A stretch of DNA of 24,000 nucleotides from an uncultured bacterium (GCA_943914435.1 CALUBY010000001.1:27876-51875), one strand, 5' to 3'. Positions 8,505 through 15,911 are shown, numbered from the stretch's first letter. A program made the numbers and translations. The notes: generated by a model not told the origin, from the letters alone.

Positions 8505-9050
8505 CTATGGGTTGCTAAGTGCAGCTTTCAATCGAGCGTCTTTCCCAACAATAGAGGCAGGAATCTTTCCCAGGGTCGCTCGTGCCTCTCGGTCGGTGTA
8601 ACCAAGAGCAACGAGCGTATCAAACACTTCAGAATCATCTGCATCAGGTGCTTGTCCTGGTGCGACTTTTTCAGAAAGCTCCACCATGAGTTTTTCTGCG
8701 GCTTTTTTCCCGAGACCCACGACGCGAGTAAGGTACTCAAGATCACGCTTTCCAATTGCGCCTGCAAGAGCCTCGTGGGGTGCTTTCCGTAGAATACCGA
8801 GTGCGGTCTTTGGACCAACGCCTGAAACACTGAGGAGAAGCTCAAAAAAGCGACGCTCAGCCTCGTCGGGGAATCCGTATAAATCCATCCCGTCCTGCTT
8901 CACTGCCAGGTACGTCTTAAGGGTGATCTCTTGACCCTCTGCATACGTTTCAGGGGAGGCAACATGAACAAGAGCACCCCATCCAGAGACATCAAGCACA
9001 ATGCCGTCTGATTCAACCCCAACCACCCTGCCGGTAATCTGTCGTATCAT
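8505..9050 (-). CDS. ruvA: Holliday junction DNA helicase subunit RuvA
   Basis: MIRQITGRVVGVE... OB-fold N-terminus, two HhH motifs (LLSVSGVGPKTALGIL; VVGLGKKAAEKL), C-terminal domain III. I prefer ATG 9050 over 9056 because TGCTAGGAT (complement of 9057-9065) then lies 6 nt upstream. Confidence 0.88.
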   Translation of the reverse strand: MIRQITGRVVGVESDGIVLDVSGWGALVHVASPETYAEGQEITLKTYLAVKQDGMDLYGFPDEAERRFFELLLSVSGVGPKTALGILRKAPHEALAGAIGKRDLEYLTRVVGLGKKAAEKLMVELSEKVAPGQAPDADDSEVFDTLVALGYTDREARATLGKIPASIVGKDARLKAALSNP

Positions 9051-9056
9051 GTGCAT

Positions 9057-9065
9057 ATCCTAGCA
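9057..9065 (-). promoter_or_regulatory. extended -10 element TGCTAGGAT for the ruvA-Mur ligase unit
   Basis: The reverse complement of 9057-9065 is TGCTAGGAT, 6 nt upstream of ATG 9050. Confidence 0.4.
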
Positions 9066-9069
9066 TTTC

Positions 9070-9098
9070 TTGCGTATATCCCCGGGATGACGTACTAT
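9070..9098 (+). promoter_or_regulatory. sigma70-like promoter of rpsT
   Basis: -35 TTGCGT (9070-9075), 17-nt spacer, -10 TACTAT (9093-9098). ATG 9109 is 10 nt downstream. No SD. Confidence 0.4.
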
Positions 9099-9108
9099 CC
9101 TGTCTACA

Positions 9109-9378
9109 ATGGCTATCACGAAGAACGCAAAGAAAGCGCACCGCGCATCCCTCAAGAAGCATGTATTTAATGTGCGCCGCAAGCGTGCCCTTACGGACAC
9201 GGTAAAGGTTGTTAAGAAGGCAATTACCACAGACGTTAAAGAGGCAGAGAAGTCCCTTGCTGCTGCATACAAGGCAATCGACAAGGCTGCGAAAGGAGGA
9301 GTTATCAAGAAGAATGCCGCATCTCGCAAGAAGTCTCGTCTCGCAAAAGCGATTGGACGTGCAACCGTAAAGGCATAA
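9109..9378 (+). CDS. rpsT: 30S ribosomal protein S20
   Basis: 89 aa, highly basic. MAITKNAKKAHRASLKK...RKRALTDTVK...AYKAIDKAAKGGVIKKNAASRKKSRL is the canonical S20 pattern. Confidence 0.9.
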   Translation: MAITKNAKKAHRASLKKHVFNVRRKRALTDTVKVVKKAITTDVKEAEKSLAAAYKAIDKAAKGGVIKKNAASRKKSRLAKAIGRATVKA

Positions 9379-9390
9379 GCCAGAACGATT

Positions 9391-9430
9391 ACAGAAAAGA
9401 CCCGGACACTGTGTCCGGGTCTTTTCTGTT
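9391..9430. terminator. bidirectional rho-independent terminator (rpsT / tRNA-Arg)
   Basis: Perfect 18-bp stem ACAGAAAAGACCCGGACA (9391-9408) / TGTCCGGGTCTTTTCTGT (9412-9429) with a 3-nt loop. A/T tracts on both sides. It abuts the 3' end of the convergent tRNA. Confidence 0.8.
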
Positions 9431-9505
9431 TGGTGCTCTTGGATGGAATCGAACCATCATTTTAACTTCCGCAAAGTTATGTCCTATCCATTGAACGACA
9501 AGAGC
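9431..9505 (-). tRNA. tRNA-Arg (anticodon GCG), CCA encoded
   Basis: Hand fold: GCTCTTG-TC-GTTC-AATGGATA-GGAC-A-TAACT-TTGCGGA-AGTTA-AAAT-GATGG-TTCGATT-CCATC-CAAGAGC-A-CCA. All stems pair. Anticodon loop TTGCGGA gives GCG with G37. A TATGAT -10 (complement of 9516-9521) lies 10 nt upstream of nt 1. Confidence 0.85.
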
Positions 9506-9656
9506 CGAGTGAAGGATCATACGAATGTCTACATCCGTATGAATCCGGAACGAGGTTCTTGCAGGCAGTTCATTCTGATGAAGCTGTCTACAAGAGCAAG
9601 CTAGATTCTCTGAAGAACCGAGCGTATCACGACTCTACCGCACCCGCCCAAGTAAA

Positions 9657-10130
9657 TCAAAGGCGAAGGAGTTCGATGATCCTTTCGATAGGGGATTCGT
9701 CATGACGACCCTCTTCAATATGTTCTGCAAAGAATTCATATATCTCAAGCGGGTCGTGACCAACAATAGGAATCAAAAGGTGAGGCGCAAGAAGATAGTG
9801 GGTACGGAGTGAAAGCGCGGGAGGGATAGTTGGGTCAATGTATTCAAGAATCGAGAAAGAAATAATGCGGTCATAGTCATACAGATTCTCATCAATCATC
9901 ACGCCCGATTCAGTGATTTGAAATCGGTGTACGCGTGGACGCTTTAAGGTTGAGAGGGCAAGCGTTCCTGCGGCTACGGTAATGAGAAGAGCGAGTATGA
10001 GGTTGCCAAAAAGCACCGCAGCAATTGCAGCGGCAATGGTTATGATGCCGAGAGCCCAATACCAATCAGAGCTTTTCTCTTCGAAAAGATATCCTTCTGC
10101 TTCCCATTCAAAAAAGACATCGCGTGCCAT
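9657..10130 (-). CDS. hypothetical membrane protein (two TM helices)
   Basis: 157 aa. A hydrophobic pair WYWALGIITIAAAIAAVLFGNLILALLITVAAGTLAL is followed by a soluble C-terminal domain. No catalytic motif. TGCTATCAT (complement of 10141-10149) lies 10 nt upstream of the ATG. Confidence 0.6.
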   Translation of the reverse strand: MARDVFFEWEAEGYLFEEKSSDWYWALGIITIAAAIAAVLFGNLILALLITVAAGTLALSTLKRPRVHRFQITESGVMIDENLYDYDRIISFSILEYIDPTIPPALSLRTHYLLAPHLLIPIVGHDPLEIYEFFAEHIEEGRHDESPIERIIELLRL

Positions 10131-10140
10131 AGATACGCAA

Positions 10141-10149
10141 ATGATAGCA
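10141..10149 (-). promoter_or_regulatory. extended -10 element TGCTATCAT
   Basis: The reverse complement of 10141-10149, 10 nt upstream of ATG 10130. Confidence 0.4.
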
Positions 10150-10196
10150 CCTAGGCGCGCGCAGATAAGCGCAAACTCACTCGAACAGACTCAGTG

Positions 10197-10284
10197 TGGC
10201 GGAGGAGGTGGGATTCGAACCCACGAGACCTTTCGGCCTGGCGGTTTTCAAGACCGCTCGTTTCGACCACTCACGCACTCCTCC
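10197..10284 (-). tRNA. tRNA-Ser (anticodon TGA), CCA encoded
   Basis: Class II tRNA. Acceptor GGAGGAG/CTCCTCC, anticodon arm GCGGT-CTTGAAA-ACCGC, long variable arm, T arm GTGGG-TTCGAAT-CCCAC, discriminator G followed by CCA. It lies 12 nt downstream of the preceding CDS stop. Confidence 0.9.
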
Positions 10285-10296
10285 GTATATATCGTT

Positions 10297-10575
10297 TTAC
10301 GCGTCTCCGGGCGTTGATGCAACTTTTGTCACTGCTCGAAATGAGCGAGAGCCCTTTCTGAAGCCTAGTAAATAGATAATCTCAAGCAGCCCAAGCGTGT
10401 TCATAATGAGCATTCCTATAAACCAAAACCGCTGTCCATTGCGTGCGGCGTACCAGAGCGCAAACGCTTTGAGGACGGTCGTACCAACAAGAAGAGTTAG
10501 TAAAAGCGTCAGTAATGCTGCGGGAGACAGGTTGTGCAGGAGGGGTAGCGAGCTAAGGTAATCGAAGGGAAGCAT
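10297..10575 (-). CDS. small membrane protein, function unknown
   Basis: 92 aa with two or three hydrophobic helices (LLTLLLTLLVGTTVLKAFALWYAA; FWFIGMLIMNTLGLLEIIYLL). TGCTACACT (complement of 10583-10591) lies 7 nt upstream of the ATG. Confidence 0.55.
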   Translation of the reverse strand: MLPFDYLSSLPLLHNLSPAALLTLLLTLLVGTTVLKAFALWYAARNGQRFWFIGMLIMNTLGLLEIIYLLGFRKGSRSFRAVTKVASTPGDA

Positions 10576-10582
10576 GTCGACG

Positions 10583-10591
10583 AGTGTAGCA
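10583..10591 (-). promoter_or_regulatory. extended -10 element TGCTACACT
   Basis: The reverse complement of 10583-10591, 7 nt upstream of ATG 10575. Confidence 0.4.
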
Positions 10592-10621
10592 CGCGGGCTC
10601 TACGGCGTGTACGATATCTTC

Positions 10622-11029
10622 ATGCGTTACCTGGGCATAGATTTCGGTACTAAAAAAGTTGGCCTCGCACTCTCTGATGAAGCGGGTTCTATGGGTTTTC
10701 CTCATGGCATGATCCCAAACAACGGCCGACTCATTGATGAAGTGCTCGCGCTTATCGAACGGAAGAATGTGGAGGCGGTTGTTATTGGTGAGTCCCGGGA
10801 CTATGCAGGGAACGAGAACGCGGTGGCCGCACACGCGAAAGAGTTTGCGTCTTTGCTTGAGCGCCGCTCGGGTATTCGTGCACACTTCGAGCCCGAGATG
10901 CTTACCACCCAAGAAGCACGACGCGATTTTGAGGGAGTTCGTGTCGCCGGGAGTCCTGACGTGGACGCATCTGCTGCCGCTCTTATTCTTACTAGCTATC
11001 TTTCTCGTACTCATGGAAGAACAGAATAA
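10622..11029 (+). CDS. ruvX: putative pre-16S rRNA nuclease / Holliday junction resolvase-like protein YqgF (RuvX)
   Basis: I place the start at MRYLGIDFGTKKVGLALSDE (the canonical YqgF N-terminus), giving 135 aa. A TACGAT -10 (10610-10615) lies 6 nt upstream. The 16 extra residues in the track ORF are unsupported. Confidence 0.85.
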   Translation: MRYLGIDFGTKKVGLALSDEAGSMGFPHGMIPNNGRLIDEVLALIERKNVEAVVIGESRDYAGNENAVAAHAKEFASLLERRSGIRAHFEPEMLTTQEARRDFEGVRVAGSPDVDASAAALILTSYLSRTHGRTE

Positions 11030-11369
11030 TCAGTCATCTCGGATTTCTTTTGATGACTTTGCAAAAATTGAAGTAAGGGTGGGAGAGGTGCTCGTTGCCG
11101 AGCTTGTACCAGACACGGACAAGCTGTTACGACTCATGGTTGATTTTGGGGAAGAGGAAGGACCACGTCAGATCATCTCTGGCATACGCGCGTATGTTAA
11201 TGAGCCTGCTCACCTTATTGGCCGACAGCTTGCGTTTGTGACGAATCTCGCACCGAGAAAAATAAAGGGACTCGAGTCAAATGGCATGTTGTTTGCGGTC
11301 GGTAATGAAGACACTTTTGCGTTTCTTAGTCCCGACAGGCCTGTGCCGCCTGGTACGAGTGCACACTAG
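11013..11369 (+). CDS. tRNA-binding domain protein (CsaA/Trbp111/EMAP-like OB fold)
   Basis: 118 aa from the internal Met (MEEQNNQSS...). FAKIEVRVGEVLVAE...DKLLRLMVDFGEE...RQIISGIRAYV...LIGRQLAFVTNLAPRKIKGLESNGMLFAV matches the tRNA-binding domain found at the MetRS C-terminus and in CsaA. Confidence 0.8.
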   Translation: MEEQNNQSSRISFDDFAKIEVRVGEVLVAELVPDTDKLLRLMVDFGEEEGPRQIISGIRAYVNEPAHLIGRQLAFVTNLAPRKIKGLESNGMLFAVGNEDTFAFLSPDRPVPPGTSAH

Positions 11370-11412
11370 TAGCCGTCCTCATGGAGGACGAGCGGGTATA
11401 CTAGACGTATCT

Positions 11413-12504
11413 ATGTCAAAGAATGCGCTCGCGCGATTTGTGCGTCACGAATTTGCCCCACCAAGGTATCTTTCGCTTCCAACGGCGGGTATCGACATAT
11501 CAGCCAGTGGCGTGCGACTCGCTATGGTTGAGCAGCACATGAAAGGACGCGTTCTCGTAGCGTATGACGAGGCGGCGATACCGCTCTCGGCGATGGAAGG
11601 GGGAGAAATCGTAGACAGGACCGCAGTCGTTGAGGCGGTGCGATTACTTGTGCAAAAGCACCGGGTACGCTTTGCGAATGTCTCAATTTCAGAAGCGCGC
11701 GGCTACCTGTTTGAAGCGGTCGTGCAGGGCACACGGCCCGACGTGTGGCGTACCGCAATTGAGCAGCATCTTGATGAGCATGTGCCTCTTCCTCCCGCTG
11801 AGGTTTCATTTGATGTAATACCTATGAGGGTTGAGGGTGAAACTACTCATCTGGTGGGTGTGGGGTACGCACAACGCGTCATAGAAGAGATGCTCTCCGT
11901 GTTTGATGAAGTCGGTGTGCAGGTACGAGCCATTGAAAGTGAGACATTCTCCATATCACGCGCTCTTCTTGCGTCAGATACGGAAGAAACGGTGCTCATT
12001 GTCGACATCGGACGCGTTACGACAAAGCTTGCGGTTGTTGACAGGGGAGTGCCACGCTTTGCAACAACGCTTGAGGTTGGCGGACACGCGCTCACGGTAG
12101 CAATTCAGAAATACTTTGGCGTTACTGAAGAGGAAGCAAAGAAGGTTAAGGCGGAAAAAGGAATTGTGAGCACGGAAGCAAGTGAAGAATATATCGGTGC
12201 CATGCTTTCAACCGTTTCCGTTATGCGTGAGGAGATTGCGCGCAGGCTTGAGTACTGGCAATCAAAGAAGGCGGCAAGCGAGGAGGACCATCGACCCGTT
12301 ACTCGCGTACTTCTTGTTGGGGTGAATGCTACGGTGCGAGGTCTTCCTGAATATTTTGAAACAACTCTTGGGGTACCCGTCGGGCTCTCTGATGTGTTTT
12401 TACATTTTGCTGAACGAGATATCTGGCTTCCTCCCCTCGATTATCTTGATTCACTCGCCTATGCTACGGCCATAGGACTCGCTCTTCGTGACCATGAACT
12501 CTAA
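11413..12504 (+). CDS. pilM: type IV pilus assembly protein PilM (actin-like ATPase fold)
   Basis: 363 aa from the internal Met (MSKNALARF...). GIDISASGVRLAMV and IVDIGRVTTKLAVV phosphate-binding motifs of the actin/FtsA/PilM fold. Followed by pilN/pilO-like genes. A TATACT -10 (11397-11402) lies 10 nt upstream. Confidence 0.8.
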   Translation: MSKNALARFVRHEFAPPRYLSLPTAGIDISASGVRLAMVEQHMKGRVLVAYDEAAIPLSAMEGGEIVDRTAVVEAVRLLVQKHRVRFANVSISEARGYLFEAVVQGTRPDVWRTAIEQHLDEHVPLPPAEVSFDVIPMRVEGETTHLVGVGYAQRVIEEMLSVFDEVGVQVRAIESETFSISRALLASDTEETVLIVDIGRVTTKLAVVDRGVPRFATTLEVGGHALTVAIQKYFGVTEEEAKKVKAEKGIVSTEASEEYIGAMLSTVSVMREEIARRLEYWQSKKAASEEDHRPVTRVLLVGVNATVRGLPEYFETTLGVPVGLSDVFLHFAERDIWLPPLDYLDSLAYATAIGLALRDHEL

Positions 12505-13051
12505 TCATACTAATCTACTACCCGAGGATCGTGTACGATCTCTTCGAAGACTCTATGCTTCACGTCTTGCGGTGGTCTCTCTATTCCTTCTTGCGGGAGT
12601 CATTGTGATACATGGAGTACTACTGCTTCCAACGTATGTGCATCTTATGACTACGGTACACGACAGGACGGTTATTCTTACGGCGCTTACCGAAAACCTC
12701 GGGGGAAGTGAGGAACAAGAAATACAGGCTCGGGTTGATGTGCTCTCAGAAGATGCGCGGTATCTCGCTCGTCTAGCTGAAATACCGAAAGCGTCAGCGG
12801 CCATAGCTGCAGTGGTAGAGCTGCCTCGCCAGGGTATTACCCTTACTGGATTCTCGTTTTCCCCAACAGCCTCCGGTGGGGCGGTTATGAGTAGCACCGG
12901 GAGGGCAGACACACGAGAATCATTACGAGCCTATGAGAATAACCTGAAGGCAGTTCCGTTTGTTGAGTCCGTAGAATTACCCATAAGTGCGTATGCGAAA
13001 GAACGCGACATAGACTTCACGGTTACGTTAACGGGACCCTTTTTGCCATGA
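12488..13051 (+). CDS. pilN: PilN-like pilus assembly protein
   Basis: N-terminal NLLPED motif followed by a single TM helix (LAVVSLFLLAGVIVIHGVLLL), as in PilN. Overlaps pilM by 17 nt. The start is GTG 12488 or ATG 12494. Confidence 0.6.
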   Translation: MTMNSNHTNLLPEDRVRSLRRLYASRLAVVSLFLLAGVIVIHGVLLLPTYVHLMTTVHDRTVILTALTENLGGSEEQEIQARVDVLSEDARYLARLAEIPKASAAIAAVVELPRQGITLTGFSFSPTASGGAVMSSTGRADTRESLRAYENNLKAVPFVESVELPISAYAKERDIDFTVTLTGPFLP

Positions 13052-13584
13052 GTACTCGCTCTTCTACCTCCCTCATTCTTGCGGTCATCGCTGTAGTACT
13101 TGCGATTCTCGCATACGGCTTTTCCTATGCGGTGGTTGATCGCTTAAGTCAAAAAGCAGCAGAGCTCGATACAGAAATTCGCATAAAGAATGAAGAGACG
13201 CTTCGCATGAGCCAGGCAAAAGAAACACTCGAGACGTTGCTTGCGGACGAGGAGCGCATGCGAGGGTATTTGATACGTCAGGAAGAAATCGTCCCGTTCC
13301 TCGGGCGTCTCGAAGTACTCGGATCTTCCCTGGGCTCTTCGCTTGAGGTGGTGTCCGTGTCTGAAGATTTACAGGGAACACGCGAAAGAATACTCGTGTC
13401 GGTAAAGATTAGTGGATCCTTTCAGTCGGTAGTACGGACACTTGGCGTCATCGAATATGGTTCGTACGATAGTGCGATTACGCACGTAACACTCGATACT
13501 CCCGCTGGTGGACAAGAACAGAGTTCGACGTGGTCAGCGGTCGCGACATTTGCTCTTGGTACGCAACCAACCAATGCCTTATGA
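13048..13584 (+). CDS. PilO-like bitopic membrane protein
   Basis: 178 aa with an N-terminal TM helix, a coiled-coil segment, then an alpha/beta domain. It sits after pilM-pilN, with a 4-nt overlap at each end. Called from topology and context only. Confidence 0.45.
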   Translation: MSTRSSTSLILAVIAVVLAILAYGFSYAVVDRLSQKAAELDTEIRIKNEETLRMSQAKETLETLLADEERMRGYLIRQEEIVPFLGRLEVLGSSLGSSLEVVSVSEDLQGTRERILVSVKISGSFQSVVRTLGVIEYGSYDSAITHVTLDTPAGGQEQSSTWSAVATFALGTQPTNAL

Positions 13585-13880
13585 AAAAAAACCACAGCCT
13601 CCGTTCTTTTTTTCACAGAGACTCTTCTCGAGGATACGTACATCCTGAGCGAGACTGGTTCTTTCTCTTGATGCTCGCGGTAGTGTTTGTGCTCGGGTCA
13701 GCGGTGTGGAACGGCTGGTTCTTTATGGCCGTAAAGAATGGCAAAGTACTCAATGAGGAGGTGCCAACTATTCCGTTTATGGCCGCACCCGCTGAGTCGG
13801 TAGCTGATGTCTTTGAGACGAGAGAGGCAGAAGAAGCACGCTACCGTACCGAGTACCTGTTCGTTGACCCGTCTCGGTAG
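13581..13880 (+). CDS. small bitopic membrane protein, last gene of the pilMNO unit
   Basis: 99 aa from the internal Met (MKKNHSLRSFF...). ATGA overlap with the preceding stop. One TM helix (WFFLLMLAVVFVLGSAVWNGWFF). Confidence 0.45.
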   Translation: MKKNHSLRSFFHRDSSRGYVHPERDWFFLLMLAVVFVLGSAVWNGWFFMAVKNGKVLNEEVPTIPFMAAPAESVADVFETREAEEARYRTEYLFVDPSR

Positions 13881-13898
13881 GACCGTTACTGTAGAGAG

Positions 13899-13970
13899 GC
13901 TCCTATAGCTTAATGGATAAAGCTGCGGACTTCTAAGCCGTCGATCTTGGTTCGATTCCAGGTGGGAGCA
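13899..13970 (+). tRNA. tRNA-Arg (anticodon TCT)
   Basis: Hand fold: GCTCCTA-TA-GCTT-AATGGATA-AAGC-T-GCGGA-CTTCTAA-GCCGT-CGAT-CTTGG-TTCGATT-CCAGG-TGGGAGC-A. There is one A:G mismatch at the 31:39 pair. No CCA (followed by CTA). A TACTGT -10 (13887-13892) lies 6 nt upstream of nt 1. Confidence 0.8.
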
Positions 13971-13983
13971 CTAAATAAAGCCG

Positions 13984-14026
13984 AAACAGGAAAAGCGGGG
14001 TCCAAGGGACCCCGCTTTTCCTGTTT
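13984..14026. terminator. bidirectional terminator between convergent tRNA-Arg(TCT) and tRNA-Val
   Basis: Perfect 20-bp stem AAACAGGAAAAGCGGGGTCC (13984-14003) / GGACCCCGCTTTTCCTGTTT (14007-14026) with a 3-nt loop. T-tract on both strands. Confidence 0.8.
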
Positions 14027-14029
14027 TAG

Positions 14030-14102
14030 TGCGCGATGCAAGACTCGAACTTGCGACCATCCCGGTGTAAACGGGGTGCTCTACCAACTGAGCTAATCGC
14101 GC
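14030..14102 (-). tRNA. tRNA-Val (anticodon TAC)
   Basis: GCGCGAT-TA-GCTC-AGTTGGTA-GAGC-A-CCCCG-TTTACAC-CGGGA-TGGTC-GCAAG-TTCGAGT-CTTGC-ATCGCGC-A. No CCA (followed by CTA). A TACTGT -10 (complement of 14111-14116) lies 8 nt upstream. Confidence 0.9.
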
Positions 14103-14156
14103 CTATCGGTACAGTACCGCAAAACCCAACTATTTTAAAGTAACCTTCAAAACAGA

Positions 14157-14165
14157 TGGTACGTT
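14157..14165 (+). promoter_or_regulatory. extended -10 element TGgTACGTT for the acylphosphatase-uppS unit
   Basis: TGGTACGTT ends 9 nt before ATG 14175. Confidence 0.35.
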
Positions 14166-14174
14166 CTTATATAT

Positions 14175-14456
14175 ATGCAAGAACGACTTGAGGCAATAGT
14201 GAGAGGCAGGGTGCAGATGGTTATGTATCGGGATTTTGCAGAGAGGAAGGCACGGGGACTAAAACTCAAAGGTGAAGTACAGAACCTGTCTGATGGCACC
14301 GTGAGGGTGGTTGCGGAAGGGCCCCGAGAAGCGCTCAATTCGTATGTTCAAAAACTTCAAGAGGGTCCGCTCCTTGCTCGTGTAGACGCCGTAGAAGCAA
14401 CCTGGCTTCCGTTCATCGGAGAATATAATAGATTCACTATACGATATGGCGAATAA
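14175..14456 (+). CDS. acyP: acylphosphatase
   Basis: 93 aa. VRGRVQMVMYRDFAERKARGLKLKGEVQNLSDGTVRVVAEG matches the acylphosphatase signatures (GxVQGVxFR ... GWVxNxxDGxVE). Confidence 0.8.
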   Translation: MQERLEAIVRGRVQMVMYRDFAERKARGLKLKGEVQNLSDGTVRVVAEGPREALNSYVQKLQEGPLLARVDAVEATWLPFIGEYNRFTIRYGE

Positions 14457-15129
14457 CGGACCGCGTTCGATTGGGATGATTATGGACGGTAATCGCCGAT
14501 GGGCGAGAGAGCGAGGACTCGAGACTCTCGAGGGGCATCGGGCAGGAGCAGAGAAGATATTCGAGGTAGCCTCATGGGCACATGCCGCGGGTATTGAAGA
14601 AATAATTCTCTATGCATTTTCGACAGAGAACTGGAATCGAACAGAAGCGGAAGTTGGGTATCTAATGTCCCTTACGGAAAACCTCTTTACCGAGAGACTT
14701 GATGATTTTTTAAAGGCGAGTGTACGTGTCCGGTTTATTGGAGATCTCTCACGGGTGAACGACCGCCTTCGAGGCGTTATGCAAGAGACTGAGGAGAAAA
14801 CGAGTCAGGGAGAGAAGGGAACGCTTGTATTCGCGTTTTCGTATGGAGGACGGCCGGAGATAGTCGCGGCAGTGAACACTCTTCTTGCTGAAGGGGTGTC
14901 CGAAGTTGACGAGGCCGCTTTCTCAAAAGCACTCTGGACCGCTGATTTCCATGACCCGGACCTTATCCTCCGGACGGGAGGCGAGCACCGTCTTTCAGGG
15001 TTTCTTCCCTGGCAGTCAGTGTATAGCGAGCTTTTCTTTATCGACACCAGATGGCCAGACCTTTCTGAGGAGGAGTTTATGGGCGTGATTGAGGCGTTCC
15101 GTACTCGAGACCGAAGGCACGGAAAATAG
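14446..15129 (+). CDS. uppS: undecaprenyl diphosphate synthase (cis-isoprenyl transferase)
   Basis: 227 aa. MDGNRRWA, YAFSTENWNR and RTGGEHRLSGFLPWQSVYSELFF motifs are diagnostic of UppS. Confidence 0.92.
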   Translation: MANNGPRSIGMIMDGNRRWARERGLETLEGHRAGAEKIFEVASWAHAAGIEEIILYAFSTENWNRTEAEVGYLMSLTENLFTERLDDFLKASVRVRFIGDLSRVNDRLRGVMQETEEKTSQGEKGTLVFAFSYGGRPEIVAAVNTLLAEGVSEVDEAAFSKALWTADFHDPDLILRTGGEHRLSGFLPWQSVYSELFFIDTRWPDLSEEEFMGVIEAFRTRDRRHGK

Positions 15130-15136
15130 CGATGCG

Positions 15137-15145
15137 TGCTAGGGT
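15137..15145 (+). promoter_or_regulatory. extended -10 element TGcTAGGGT
   Basis: Ends 6 nt before ATG 15152. Confidence 0.35.
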
Positions 15146-15151
15146 ATCGCT

Positions 15152-15886
15152 ATGGAACCCACAATCCTATACGAAGACAGCGAAATCGTTGCAATACAAA
15201 AGCTCGCTGGATGGATGACCCACCCGGACGGGCACACAACGGACGAAACCCTGAGTGACTGGTTTGCGCGCACCTACCCGGAGTCTTCCTCAGTGGGAGA
15301 GACCCAGCGGTTAAAAGACGGCACAGAAATTGCGCGTCCGGGCGTTGTGCATCGTCTTGATCGCGACACGTCCGGAGTGCTCGTCTTTGCAAAGACACCC
15401 GAATCACATGCGCGCCTAAAGCTCGCGTTTCAGGAACGTCGTGCCAAGAAGACCTATCTCGCGCTTGTGTACGGCACGCTATCTGAGCCAAAGGGAGTGA
15501 TTGATTTTGCTATTGGGCGAAGTCGCAAGGACTTCCGTCTTCGCAGCGCACAACCAAAAGCAAAGGGACTTATGAGAGATGCGCTCACGCGATATCAGGT
15601 TATAGACACTATCGGCACGCACTCGCTCGTGAAGATGATGCCTGAGACAGGTCGCACGCACCAAATCAGGGTTCACTTAAAAGCAGTCCATCATCCTGTG
15701 GTGTGTGACCCGTTGTATGCTCCCGGCAAACCCTGTGATTTAGGGCTTTCGCGCCTCGGACTGCATGCGTATTCTCTTGAGGTTCCGCTTGCATCCGGTC
15801 GCCTTCTCATCACGGCACCGGTCCCTGAAGACATGAAAGAGGCGGTCTCCCGGTTCCCCGGATACCAGGCCTTTATTGCTCAGTAG
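15152..15886 (+). CDS. RluA-family pseudouridine synthase (no S4 domain)
   Basis: 244 aa. Catalytic-Asp motif [15 protein letters not shown], then [10 protein letters not shown], typical of the RluA/RluD family. Confidence 0.85.
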   Translation: MEPTILYEDSEIVAIQKLAGWMTHPDGHTTDETLSDWFARTYPESSSVGETQRLKDGTEIARPGVVHRLDRDTSGVLVFAKTPESHARLKLAFQERRAKKTYLALVYGTLSEPKGVIDFAIGRSRKDFRLRSAQPKAKGLMRDALTRYQVIDTIGTHSLVKMMPETGRTHQIRVHLKAVHHPVVCDPLYAPGKPCDLGLSRLGLHAYSLEVPLASGRLLITAPVPEDMKEAVSRFPGYQAFIAQ

Positions 15887-15895
15887 AATCGGCTG

Positions 15896-15904
15896 TGATA
15901 CGGT
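15896..15904 (+). promoter_or_regulatory. extended -10 element TGaTACGGT for rplS
   Basis: Ends 7 nt before ATG 15912. Confidence 0.35.
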
Positions 15905-15911
15905 AACGGCT

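Noticed and set aside
9590-9597. An 8-mer (ACAAGAGC on the plus strand, GCTCTTGT on the minus strand) identical to the first 8 nt of the adjacent tRNA-Arg(GCG).
   Set aside because: The match is short. It is also ambiguous, because acceptor-stem sequences are self-complementary to the tRNA 3' end. It is too weak to claim a second tRNA-fragment duplication.
10553-11014. 153-aa ORF antisense to ruvX.
   Set aside because: It fully overlaps the YqgF/RuvX gene, which has a canonical motif and its own -10 box. The antisense product has no recognisable features.
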